From NCBI GenBank assembly GCA_027262695.1, contig GCA_027262695.1_4722.1: a stretch of 64,000 bases of DNA. One strand, written 5' to 3'. Origin of the DNA: a phage. Position numbers and translations under genes: made by a program. The notes below the pieces were generated by a model that was not told where the DNA came from, did no database searches, and saw only the letters and a list, made by a program, of their open reading frames with translations. Below, piece after piece: positions 1 through 8,286 of the stretch (the stretch's first letter is position 1; each line of letters begins with the position of its first letter).

Positions 1-33
1 GAACCCCACCAAAACGTCAGACACACGCAAAAA

Positions 34-459
34 TCAGTTCAATGACGTGTACAACGCATAACGGCTATAAATCTCGACCGCTGGCCCATTATGGGTTAAC
101 AGACCATCTCGGTTGTAGTACTGGAAAAACGAATAACGTTTATCGAAGCAGTAGACAAAAGCAATGTCTTTACCATCAAGACCAGTAATGGTTGGTTTGT
201 TTTTGTCTAACAGCGCTTTGACATTTAACAATGTTGCCGCACGTTCTTTAACATTAGGGATCAAGCCATCACAATCGATATAAACTGTGTAGCCTGTTTC
301 AGATGTTGCGACTGTCGTATTTTGATCGATGCGAAAGATTTTCGTGTTATGCGCACCATCTTCAAGAATCGGATTCTGCTTTTCATATTGACGAGAATCC
401 AAATATGTTTCAACGTGATCGCGAATAATTCCGATATACCCGAATACTTCTCTTACCAT
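34..459 (-). CDS. hypothetical protein
   Basis: 141-aa ORF; AAGAGGA-type RBS before ATG at 459; conserved upstream motif at 521-560. Confidence 0.5.
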   Translation of the reverse strand: MVREVFGYIGIIRDHVETYLDSRQYEKQNPILEDGAHNTKIFRIDQNTTVATSETGYTVYIDCDGLIPNVKERAATLLNVKALLDKNKPTITGLDGKDIAFVYCFDKRYSFFQYYNRDGLLTHNGPAVEIYSRYALYTSLN

Positions 460-520
460 CTTGACATCCTCTTATATTGGATTGATTACGGTTTGTTAAA
501 AAGATAAGATACTTTACTCT

Positions 521-560
521 TATCACTAAGGTAATATAGTCGTGAAATAAATTGTGTTAT
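521..560 (-). promoter_or_regulatory. conserved upstream motif copy 1 (putative promoter for leftward transcription)
   Basis: Plus-strand ggtaatatagtcgtgaaataaattgtgtt; minus-strand reading ACAAT-N3-TTTCACG-N-CTATATTAC. Confidence 0.45.
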
Positions 561-580
561 ACGTGAATTAACAGCATAAG

Positions 581-639
581 CCCTCCTCCCCATCCTCCCA
601 ACCCGTAAGGGAAGGGAGGATGCAAGGGAAGGAGGAGGG
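581..639. promoter_or_regulatory. compound GC-rich stem-loop of the CCCTCC/GGAGGG family
   Basis: ccctcctcc at 581-589 pairs with ggaggaggg at 631-639; contains inverted copy of the tcccttacgggtt core. Confidence 0.55.
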
Positions 640-645
640 TAGAGA

Positions 646-1062
646 TTAAATATCGTGGATGGCGGTGCCGTTTAACCAGCAGTACAGCTTAACGCGACAG
701 GGATAACGATTCGCAGCTAAGAGTAATTCATCACGCAAACGTTGATAGACTCCATCTTGATGTTCTCGAACGATAGGGTAATCAGCCCAACATTCGATCA
801 TCACGTCACCATTAGCCAGGATCGTCGTACGCATCCTGTCCTGGATACGACGGTCTTTCTCAGCATTAGGGAGATACATTCCTTCAGTACGAATAAGGTC
901 ACCACAAGGCATGGTTAACCATTCATTCGTCTTACCGGTGTTCTTATAATCCATCACAGCTTGCATTGCAGTGTCAACGCTAAAAGAAACATAATTCCAA
1001 ACAGGTGTCCAGTAGGCGGACTGGGGAATAAAGGTTGCAGGTTGTTCAAGTGTTTCGTTCAT
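646..1062 (-). CDS. hypothetical protein
   Basis: 138-aa ORF in minus-strand gene train; AGGAAA RBS. Confidence 0.5.
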   Translation of the reverse strand: MNETLEQPATFIPQSAYWTPVWNYVSFSVDTAMQAVMDYKNTGKTNEWLTMPCGDLIRTEGMYLPNAEKDRRIQDRMRTTILANGDVMIECWADYPIVREHQDGVYQRLRDELLLAANRYPCRVKLYCWLNGTAIHDI

Positions 1063-1259
1063 GGAGTGCTTTTCCTATTTTTATTTTCTGCACAGGATAA
1101 ATTCAACAGCATAATACCCTTCCCTACCCTTATATGGGGCGGGGAAGGGCTTATGACCGCAATGAGAATCTCTCACGACAAGCTCACAACGATTATCGCG
1201 TAACCCTGCGAGTAAGGGAGATTCGGATCACCTCCTAACGGGAGCTACCCAAAATCTTT

Positions 1260-1895
1260 TTACGCGAAGCGACGCATGTAACCTGCCAGGTAACCGCGGG
1301 TATCGAAGTAGGCGATTTCTGGAATGGCGATGTTAAGGTCGATAGCACGGATTTCAACCTGGCGACGGCTTTCATCATAGATCGCATCCATCAGACGCAG
1401 TACTGTCAGGAAAGCCATGCGGGTATGGTAATCCAGCGGCATGTTGTCGATACCGCGATACAGATAGCGGTTGGCATTAAACGCCCCTTCGCTGTTTTCT
1501 TTCCAAATCTTCAGCACGTCTGCAAAGGCTGTACGGAAGACTTCTGGATTATCAACATCCAGCAATGCGCGGAAAGCAGACATTAAAGAACGCTGATGGC
1601 GGATCAACGATTGCGGTGTCTGGGCCATGGTCGGACCCATTTCTTCCGCGTATTTCTCGAACGGCGCAACCAGAGTTGCAGCACGAGAAGCAACGATAGA
1701 TAACGCCGGTGATTCAACCGCAATCTTTTTCACAGGCTGTTCTTCAACCGCCGGTTTTGGTTGCTCAACGGTTTCAACAACCGGTTCAACAACGTCGGAT
1801 GGCTCTTGTTGTTCCATCACCTCGTCTTCGACAACCGCTTCCTCAGCCGCATTGCCTTGTTTTGCCGCAAAACGTTGGTCTTTATTCTTGGCCAT
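1260..1895 (-). CDS. hypothetical protein with acidic low-complexity N-terminal region
   Basis: 211-aa ORF; GAAAGGAAAG RBS; E/V/P-rich segment (EEAVVEDEVMEQQEPSDVVEPVVETVEQ). Confidence 0.55.
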   Translation of the reverse strand: MAKNKDQRFAAKQGNAAEEAVVEDEVMEQQEPSDVVEPVVETVEQPKPAVEEQPVKKIAVESPALSIVASRAATLVAPFEKYAEEMGPTMAQTPQSLIRHQRSLMSAFRALLDVDNPEVFRTAFADVLKIWKENSEGAFNANRYLYRGIDNMPLDYHTRMAFLTVLRLMDAIYDESRRQVEIRAIDLNIAIPEIAYFDTRGYLAGYMRRFA

Positions 1896-1920
1896 GTTTC
1901 TTTCCTTTCATTTAACAAGA

Positions 1921-3222
1921 TTAACTGATATAGAGTTCGGGATCATAAGGCGCAAGCGAAACGCTGGCGTTATGCATCGCTTTCATCATTGTGTTCATGA
2001 AGACGTTGTTCACGCCGGTAATTTCCGCCCCGATCGCATCCGGGGTTGGAGCCATCGCATTACCGCAACAGGTAGCACAGTATTCCAACGGACCTGCTTT
2101 ACAACGCTGTGGGTCACGTAACTTGATGGTTTGTCCTTCCAGTGAAGCTAACAGCTCTGCATCGATGAGCTTAAGCGCAGCACCATCGATCATGTAACGA
2201 CCTACCAACAACTTGTCTTTGATGTGGTCGCGGTTTACCGTAAACAGAATATGTTCTTGAGTACCACAATCATCCATCGTGATTTTCAGGTTCTGTGTTG
2301 CACGTTGTGATTCTTTAGCGGTTTGTCCTGCTAAAGCGGTTAACGCACCACGCGAGAACGAACCTGCACGTGCGCTGTTGTTATATTCAGCCCAGTGGTC
2401 AACACGCATACCTTCAGCCAGGCTATGCGTAATCACGTTACGTTTACCTGGATCGACGAAGTCAGCTTCAACCCCCATCATGATGTGCGTTTTCTTTCGA
2501 GTATTACCGAAACTCTTGCCGGGGTTAATATAGAACCCTTCTGATTCATCACCCTTAAAGGATTCCTTATCCATTTTGGTTAGCGTGGCTTCGAGTTTGA
2601 TCAGTTCTTCAGGTGTGAATTTACCTTCTTCCTGTAGACGTGCCAGCTCTTTATCACGATAGGCGATAATGTCGTCATCAACTGTTAATGCTTTATCGCT
2701 CATTGATGGAACAATCAAACGATTAATCGCGGTTAACGCACTGATGTTGTTGGTGAATTTCTTCACTTCGCTTGCATACAGCGGACCGATCGGACGTTCA
2801 TTAGGATCGGGAATCCCCTCTTCAGGATCGTCAGCGACACGTGGCGCAATCAACGCTTCCAACGTACCGCTGGTTAACCGTCCTGCTTGATACTCGATCT
2901 GTATCCCAAAAGCGTCATAAAGAACGTACATATTAAACAGCGCTTCACCGAACGTGGTGGTGGTTGTGTTCTTAACCGATGGAAGATCGCCAGGTGCTAA
3001 TTCAAGAGGCTCCCAGAAGTTAAGCAGAGGTTTTGTCGGTTCGGTTTCCCATTGATGTTCTTCACCGTCGATGGTTACGGTAACGATGTTACCTTGACGA
3101 CGAAGTTTTGGTTGATATTTCTCAGCACCGCCTTCAGTAAAAGCGAAAGCATCGTTTATCCATTCAAGATAACGGTAATGTCCCTCACGCAACGCGTAAA
3201 GGAAATAGTCGCGAGGTGTCAT
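1921..3222 (-). CDS. hypothetical protein (possible virion protein)
   Basis: 433-aa ORF tightly packed with flanking minus-strand genes; no recognisable motif. Confidence 0.55.
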   Translation of the reverse strand: MTPRDYFLYALREGHYRYLEWINDAFAFTEGGAEKYQPKLRRQGNIVTVTIDGEEHQWETEPTKPLLNFWEPLELAPGDLPSVKNTTTTTFGEALFNMYVLYDAFGIQIEYQAGRLTSGTLEALIAPRVADDPEEGIPDPNERPIGPLYASEVKKFTNNISALTAINRLIVPSMSDKALTVDDDIIAYRDKELARLQEEGKFTPEELIKLEATLTKMDKESFKGDESEGFYINPGKSFGNTRKKTHIMMGVEADFVDPGKRNVITHSLAEGMRVDHWAEYNNSARAGSFSRGALTALAGQTAKESQRATQNLKITMDDCGTQEHILFTVNRDHIKDKLLVGRYMIDGAALKLIDAELLASLEGQTIKLRDPQRCKAGPLEYCATCCGNAMAPTPDAIGAEITGVNNVFMNTMMKAMHNASVSLAPYDPELYIS

Positions 3223-3233
3223 GTAACAGCTCC

Positions 3234-4112
3234 TTAACCCTGGGCAGGATCGCCGTGACGTGAGACGAATTCGGATAACGCACGTAGCGCTTCTTTTGAT
3301 TCTTCAGCCATCGGGAAGTTTGTCGTAATAAGCTCACGCAAGATAGGAAGGACGGCAGTATCATCGAGATCCGACGCCAGTGCGAACGCGATCAGCTCTT
3401 GCGTGTATTCATACGGTTGTTGTCGTATCGCCGCAAGCTGTCCACGGCATTGCGTCATCAGTAAGTCAAGGGTGACACCAACCGTACCACCTTCTTCGAT
3501 GTATTGCTTAAAGACAGGTGGATACATACCATCCAAAACACGAATACGTCGACGGATGTTTTCAGGAATATGGACGTTTTCCTCATCGGTAAGATTCTCG
3601 CTGTCTTTCTCCAGCTTCTTGGTTAATACTTGCTGAATGCGTGGAAGCAAGCTGGAGTGCACGAAACCGATAAGCTGTATCACGTTTGTGGTGCCGGTGC
3701 CGTAAATATGACGTGCGCATTCGGCCAGCGCTTCAGATGCGGTGTAATCTTCATCTTCAACGATCGCCAACAGTAACGCGGTATCATCATGGGTTTCAAG
3801 GTCCAGCAACGTGGATGCCAACGCATGAAGATATTTCAAGCTGTCTAATGATAAATGCCCTTCGTTCACCCGAATACCAAAGGCCAGCAATTGCTGTTTG
3901 TAAAGTTCGATGCAACCGTTGGTTAAAATGATGTCTAACTCATTTAGGTCGTATTGTTCATCAGCACCGGATAACATCGTATTGCAGAATGTTTCCAGTT
4001 GTTCACATTTAAAATCTTGGTAAAGACGATGCATGCAGTGCTGTAACAGTGTGTGCCTTGTTTCAGGGATTTTACCTTCTAACAAGGCCAAGACGGAATC
4101 AATCATATCCAC
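3234..4112 (-). CDS. hypothetical protein
   Basis: 292-aa ORF; first gene of the leftward unit after the divergent region 4113-4202. Confidence 0.5.
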   Translation of the reverse strand: MDMIDSVLALLEGKIPETRHTLLQHCMHRLYQDFKCEQLETFCNTMLSGADEQYDLNELDIILTNGCIELYKQQLLAFGIRVNEGHLSLDSLKYLHALASTLLDLETHDDTALLLAIVEDEDYTASEALAECARHIYGTGTTNVIQLIGFVHSSLLPRIQQVLTKKLEKDSENLTDEENVHIPENIRRRIRVLDGMYPPVFKQYIEEGGTVGVTLDLLMTQCRGQLAAIRQQPYEYTQELIAFALASDLDDTAVLPILRELITTNFPMAEESKEALRALSEFVSRHGDPAQG

Positions 4113-4202
4113 TCCGGTGCGGTAAATGTCTACTAGCTCTCATAATCTATTGAAGAAACTACCGGCTGACGCCAACTGAGATTAATTAGGAGTAACCATC
4201 CC

Positions 4203-4676
4203 ATGCCAGTTTCATCCAAACCAAGAAAGAAATCCACAGCAAAACCGAAAGCTCAAGAAACAACAGCAATTCGTTGGGACGAGTTACGCGAACCTATCGA
4301 GAATTGCGAATTGTTGCTGAGTACCTTAGGCGCAGCGATCTATCAAGCCACGCAACCTTGCCGTTTACGATTAACCCAAAACAAACGTGATGAGTTCGTT
4401 GCGTTATCAACCAGCACGAATAAAGATCTAACGGAATTACAAACAGAACTGACGACGATCAAGAACTCGATCACGCCAATGTACGGTAAAGAAGTGGATG
4501 AACAAAGTATTCTGTTGCAATACAACTACGGGATGTCGTTAATGAACATCCTGGAACGTGCCTCCGATATTTTGCGTCCTGACGTTGCACGCCTAAGTCA
4601 ATTGCGTGTTGAAGGGATGGAAAACCAAATCAGATTCTCTAACAGTGTTAAATCCCAAGGAGCCGCTGAAGCATGA
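4203..4676 (+). CDS. hypothetical protein, basic N-terminus
   Basis: 157-aa ORF; AGGAG RBS 8 nt upstream; stop overlaps next start (ATGA). Confidence 0.55.
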   Translation: MPVSSKPRKKSTAKPKAQETTAIRWDELREPIENCELLLSTLGAAIYQATQPCRLRLTQNKRDEFVALSTSTNKDLTELQTELTTIKNSITPMYGKEVDEQSILLQYNYGMSLMNILERASDILRPDVARLSQLRVEGMENQIRFSNSVKSQGAAEA

Positions 4677-6313
4677 GCGAACAAGAAAAAGAAGCCATTA
4701 AAGATCGGACTGAAGACGTAGCGCGTTCAGAAAGCAATGCTTACGTTTCGTATTCAGAGCCTGTTGGTTCAGAACAAGATCAAGCATCTGAAGCCACGTA
4801 CGAAGAAGCCCCAGCGCATCCACCACTGATTGATTTCTCAAAAGCAACCATACGGTTCCAGTGTGACGATATTCGTCCGAAGAATCCGAAGAAAACGAAA
4901 CGTCAACCGTTGATGTTACCGCTCTATTCACCACGCGTACATACAGCGTTTTATCAGCAGTATATCGCGGATGCGTTGGATACCGTCCAGGACATCATTG
5001 CAAACCGTCAACAACCGACCGAAGAACAATTTGATCGATTCAATAAAGCCGCGATTCAATCGTTCTCTGACGGACAGTATCAGCCGAATGGCGATGCTCA
5101 GGATCGTGCATTAGAACGTAAGGGGAGTCAATGGACGAACGTACCGGTTGACGCTTCCGGCGTTGGACGTGTTATACCGGGTATCCCACAACCGAATCAT
5201 ATCCCCGATGATGTTGAAGCACCGCTGACTGGATCGGACGCGATTTATTTCGCCATTCGTAATACGAAATCAGGTGCTCCGGCTGTGATGCCGTTATGGC
5301 ATAGCGGAATCAAACTGCAATTCAACCCACCATCGAATGAACGCGTTGCGATCATGCATGAGCGTATCGCACGTGATAAAATTCTGGGTGGTCGTGATAG
5401 TGCTGGATTCTTGTTTTCGGCAACGTCGATTATCACCATGAAACACGCGATCGAATTAGCTCTCGAATGCTGTTACATGGCCAACGTTCCGAATCTGGAT
5501 ATTCAGCGTTTAAAAGACATCATCCCCGTTACAGATGTTCCAGCGCTCTTGTTGAACGTGTTGGTGACCATGTACCCCTACGGCTATCCGTACGTACAGA
5601 CCTGTTACCAGAATCCAGATACCTGTGATTACCGTGTTGAAGATATCGTCAGTTTTGCGAAGCTTTATCAAGTTGACAACAGTGCGATTACAAAACGTAT
5701 GCGTCAGATCATGACCGAAGGTCCGGTCATGACGGATGAGCTTTTGCGCGAATACGCGAACGAGCTGGGTGAAACCAATTCCCGTACGTTGGATCTGTCT
5801 GATAACGGTTCGGTGATCATTGAACTTGAAGTCCCGAAAATCTCCCGTCATATCGCCATGGGTGAACGCTGGTTAAGCGATACCTTAGAAGATCTCCGTG
5901 ATATTCTTTCTCGTCCATCGATGACGGAAGAAGAACGTGATCGCGTTATCCGTGAACGTCAGTTCTACAGCTGGATGCGTCAGTACGATGCGTGGATCAA
6001 ATCCATGCATGTGTCAGTAAACGGTACCATGCGTCGTGTAAGCGAAGCAGACACACCGGTCGTATTAGCGCAGTTATCCCGCGACAGCGACTTACGCGAA
6101 CGTTACATTGACGGGTTGATGCAATTCATCGGCGATTCAACCATCGCGCTTGCAGCGATGCCTGCCTGGAAGTGTCCGAAGTGTAACGAGGATATTGCGG
6201 AGAATCTTCGCGATCAGAAATACTACGACTTGATTGCATTGGATGTACCCCAGCTTTTTTTTACCCTAAACTCCGTCCAATCGCTGAGGGAGGGGATGGA
6301 CGCGGTATTCTAA
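4673..6313 (+). CDS. hypothetical protein (546 aa)
   Basis: Long plus-strand ORF translationally coupled to the upstream gene; no confident motif. Confidence 0.6.
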   Translation: MSEQEKEAIKDRTEDVARSESNAYVSYSEPVGSEQDQASEATYEEAPAHPPLIDFSKATIRFQCDDIRPKNPKKTKRQPLMLPLYSPRVHTAFYQQYIADALDTVQDIIANRQQPTEEQFDRFNKAAIQSFSDGQYQPNGDAQDRALERKGSQWTNVPVDASGVGRVIPGIPQPNHIPDDVEAPLTGSDAIYFAIRNTKSGAPAVMPLWHSGIKLQFNPPSNERVAIMHERIARDKILGGRDSAGFLFSATSIITMKHAIELALECCYMANVPNLDIQRLKDIIPVTDVPALLLNVLVTMYPYGYPYVQTCYQNPDTCDYRVEDIVSFAKLYQVDNSAITKRMRQIMTEGPVMTDELLREYANELGETNSRTLDLSDNGSVIIELEVPKISRHIAMGERWLSDTLEDLRDILSRPSMTEEERDRVIRERQFYSWMRQYDAWIKSMHVSVNGTMRRVSEADTPVVLAQLSRDSDLRERYIDGLMQFIGDSTIALAAMPAWKCPKCNEDIAENLRDQKYYDLIALDVPQLFFTLNSVQSLREGMDAVF

Positions 6314-6330
6314 TCGATCCGCGATACGGG

Positions 6331-6735
6331 TTGCATGATGGACAGCTTCTTCGTCAGGACGAGAAGATCTGGCAATTGTTGTTAGCGCGTAAAGGCGATG
6401 GGAGCATGAAGCTGAACATCGAAATGGGTATTGCTTACGATACCATGTTCGGCATGTATGATCGCGTTAGTGATTGGACACCATTGAAATGGGTGGCTCA
6501 GCATCCTGCCGAAGACCCATGGGATCGATTAGGTATTAAACCCCTAATCGAAGACTATGCGCGATTCGGCATCAAGGAGTTCATGACGCTCGACGCGTTT
6601 TTAAAAGCCCCCTATCCCTATGCGCAAACGGTGCTCAAAATCGCACAAGACGAATTACGGAAACGTAGTGCGGTATTGGACGATGATGAGGACAAATTAC
6701 GACGGGAAGAAGAACGTCTACGAAACGGAAGATAA
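6331..6735 (+). CDS. hypothetical protein (start uncertain, non-ATG start in ORF track)
   Basis: 134-aa ORF between the 546-aa gene and the macro-domain gene; first in-frame ATG is at 6406. Confidence 0.3.
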   Translation: MHDGQLLRQDEKIWQLLLARKGDGSMKLNIEMGIAYDTMFGMYDRVSDWTPLKWVAQHPAEDPWDRLGIKPLIEDYARFGIKEFMTLDAFLKAPYPYAQTVLKIAQDELRKRSAVLDDDEDKLRREEERLRNGR

Positions 6736-6736
6736 C

Positions 6737-7246
6737 ATGGCAAGATTTACCAGTTTGATTGGGTTGGATATTTGGGAAACGCCTGCTGATGTTCGGGTTA
6801 TTCCTGTTAACACGGTTGGTGTGATGGGACGTGGTTTAGCTAAACAAGCCGCGGAATGTGTGCCCGGTCTTCTTGAAGCGTACCGTAATCAGTGTCGTGA
6901 TGGATTTAAGGTGGGTGAAGTTGCAACGTATCAAGCTGGGGAAAATGACCATCTCACGTACGTCCTGTTTCCATCGAAAGCGGATTGGCGTGAAAGAACC
7001 CGTCGTGAGTATATCATCGATGGTCTGTTGGCGTTGAAGACCTGGTTATTAGAGACCCAGTTTGAAAGAGACTGCTTCTCATACCGGAATCTTGCCGAAC
7101 CCTTGATTGTTGCTATCCCACCAGTTGGTTCAGGCTGCGGTAATATCGGTTCTGGACAAACCGAAACAATCCAACCACAATGGGTACGCGCACAAATCAA
7201 ACAGTATCTTGCCACCGTGCCAAACGTTCATTTCTACTTGTTCTAA
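6737..7246 (+). CDS. putative macro-domain (ADP-ribose binding/hydrolase-like) protein
   Basis: 170-aa ORF from ATG 6737; VIPVNTVGVMGRGLAKQ glycine-rich loop and later PPVGSGCGN loop resemble macro-domain ADP-ribose binding loops; assignment from motif recall only. Confidence 0.45.
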   Translation: MARFTSLIGLDIWETPADVRVIPVNTVGVMGRGLAKQAAECVPGLLEAYRNQCRDGFKVGEVATYQAGENDHLTYVLFPSKADWRERTRREYIIDGLLALKTWLLETQFERDCFSYRNLAEPLIVAIPPVGSGCGNIGSGQTETIQPQWVRAQIKQYLATVPNVHFYLF

Positions 7247-7262
7247 TGCAAAGGTAACATAA

Positions 7263-7294
7263 CCCTCCTCCTTCCCTTACGGGTTGGAGGAGGG
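7263..7294. promoter_or_regulatory. 32-bp GC-rich stem-loop, exact copy of 53421-53452
   Basis: ccctcctccttcccttacgggttggaggaggg between convergent gene ends. Confidence 0.65.
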
Positions 7295-7311
7295 TATATG
7301 CTGTTATGCTA

Positions 7312-7686
7312 TTAATGTTCGTTCCAGATGGCATCTTCCGGTGGAACAATAGGATCTTTCTTTGGCATTGATGGCACTTCATGGCGATGCTTACGGAACT
7401 GCCTATCAATAACCTCACGAAGCCGGTACGCATCAACCCAGGTTGACTTGTTGAAGAGTTCCAAGGTTACCGTCAATCGTGTTCTCGTCATCGAATAGCT
7501 TTTCTTTGCAATGAGATCGGGATAATTCAGTTGAGCGAACCATGCACGGATTTGTTCTTCCGTAAACGCGATGCTGTAATAACTGAGTTTACCGTCATTG
7601 AAATCATGCGCATGGGTGTAGCGTCCAGCGTAACGCCAGACAAGATGCACATTCAGATCGATCCATGGTGGGGTGGTATCAGCCAT
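7312..7686 (-). CDS. hypothetical protein
   Basis: 124-aa ORF; hairpin 7263-7294 just past its stop. Confidence 0.5.
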   Translation of the reverse strand: MADTTPPWIDLNVHLVWRYAGRYTHAHDFNDGKLSYYSIAFTEEQIRAWFAQLNYPDLIAKKSYSMTRTRLTVTLELFNKSTWVDAYRLREVIDRQFRKHRHEVPSMPKKDPIVPPEDAIWNEH

Positions 7687-7695
7687 GTGTTACCC

Positions 7696-8265
7696 TCAAC
7701 GATTCTTCATCACTTTACCCAGGCTTTCGATATTATCCCAAAAGCGATTTTTACTTGGCGCATCGCCGACGATAACCGACATCAAATCGCGACGTTCACG
7801 ACTGATGATGCCCTGTGATTTCCAGATCACCATCGTCCAGCAAGCTGCCAGAACGAACAGATGGTTGATGCTTGGTTTGGTTTGCGCAATGAACGCAAGC
7901 CATGCCCAGATACCGGTATATACTAATGTCACTAAAAAGAGAGATATTGTCGCAATGACCACAACGAAGTTTTGGACAGCGGGTTGATTAGCGTTATCCT
8001 GAATAGCGGTAAGATCGGGAAGATTACCTTCAACTGAACTCGTTTCATCAATTTCCAATTCTTCGATTTCTTTTCGTGTGTCAGGAGCTAATCCAGCATC
8101 ATCGAGATGCTTTTTTAACCGCTGTATGCTTAATCGTTGACCGACAGGAATGTTGATGTTGTCGTAACTATTAAGCGCATCGACCAGGGAACGACCGTCC
8201 ACCAACACCAAACTCGCAGTACCCATCGTTTGCGGTTTTATTTTGTAAAGGTCTTTTACTTTCAT
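7696..8265 (-). CDS. hypothetical membrane protein
   Basis: 189-aa ORF with two hydrophobic segments (FVVVIATISLFLVTLVYTGIWAWLAFIA and LFVLAACWTMVIW). Confidence 0.5.
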   Translation of the reverse strand: MKVKDLYKIKPQTMGTASLVLVDGRSLVDALNSYDNINIPVGQRLSIQRLKKHLDDAGLAPDTRKEIEELEIDETSSVEGNLPDLTAIQDNANQPAVQNFVVVIATISLFLVTLVYTGIWAWLAFIAQTKPSINHLFVLAACWTMVIWKSQGIISRERRDLMSVIVGDAPSKNRFWDNIESLGKVMKNR

Positions 8266-8286
8266 GTAGCCACCACCTCCAACGTG

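Noticed and set aside
581-639. CRISPR-like array from the recurring GC-rich repeats
   Set aside because: Copies are dispersed across the window at irregular intervals, are themselves palindromic, and are not separated by uniform-length spacers.
1063-1259. tRNA or small RNA gene in the ~200-nt intergenic region
   Set aside because: Contains GC hairpins but I could not derive a cloverleaf with acceptor and anticodon stems by eye; left unannotated.
1627-2121. Plus-strand ORFs inside minus-strand genes (this one and many similar in the track, e.g. 13719-14183, 20024-20437, 23574-24020)
   Set aside because: They lie antisense within longer, better-supported ORFs, lack RBS context and often have low-complexity composition; treated as shadow ORFs.
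4673-6313. Calling the 546-aa protein an ADP-ribosyltransferase
   Set aside because: Only a loose R...SATS...ELE spacing is visible; insufficient for a feature call, kept as a speculative note.
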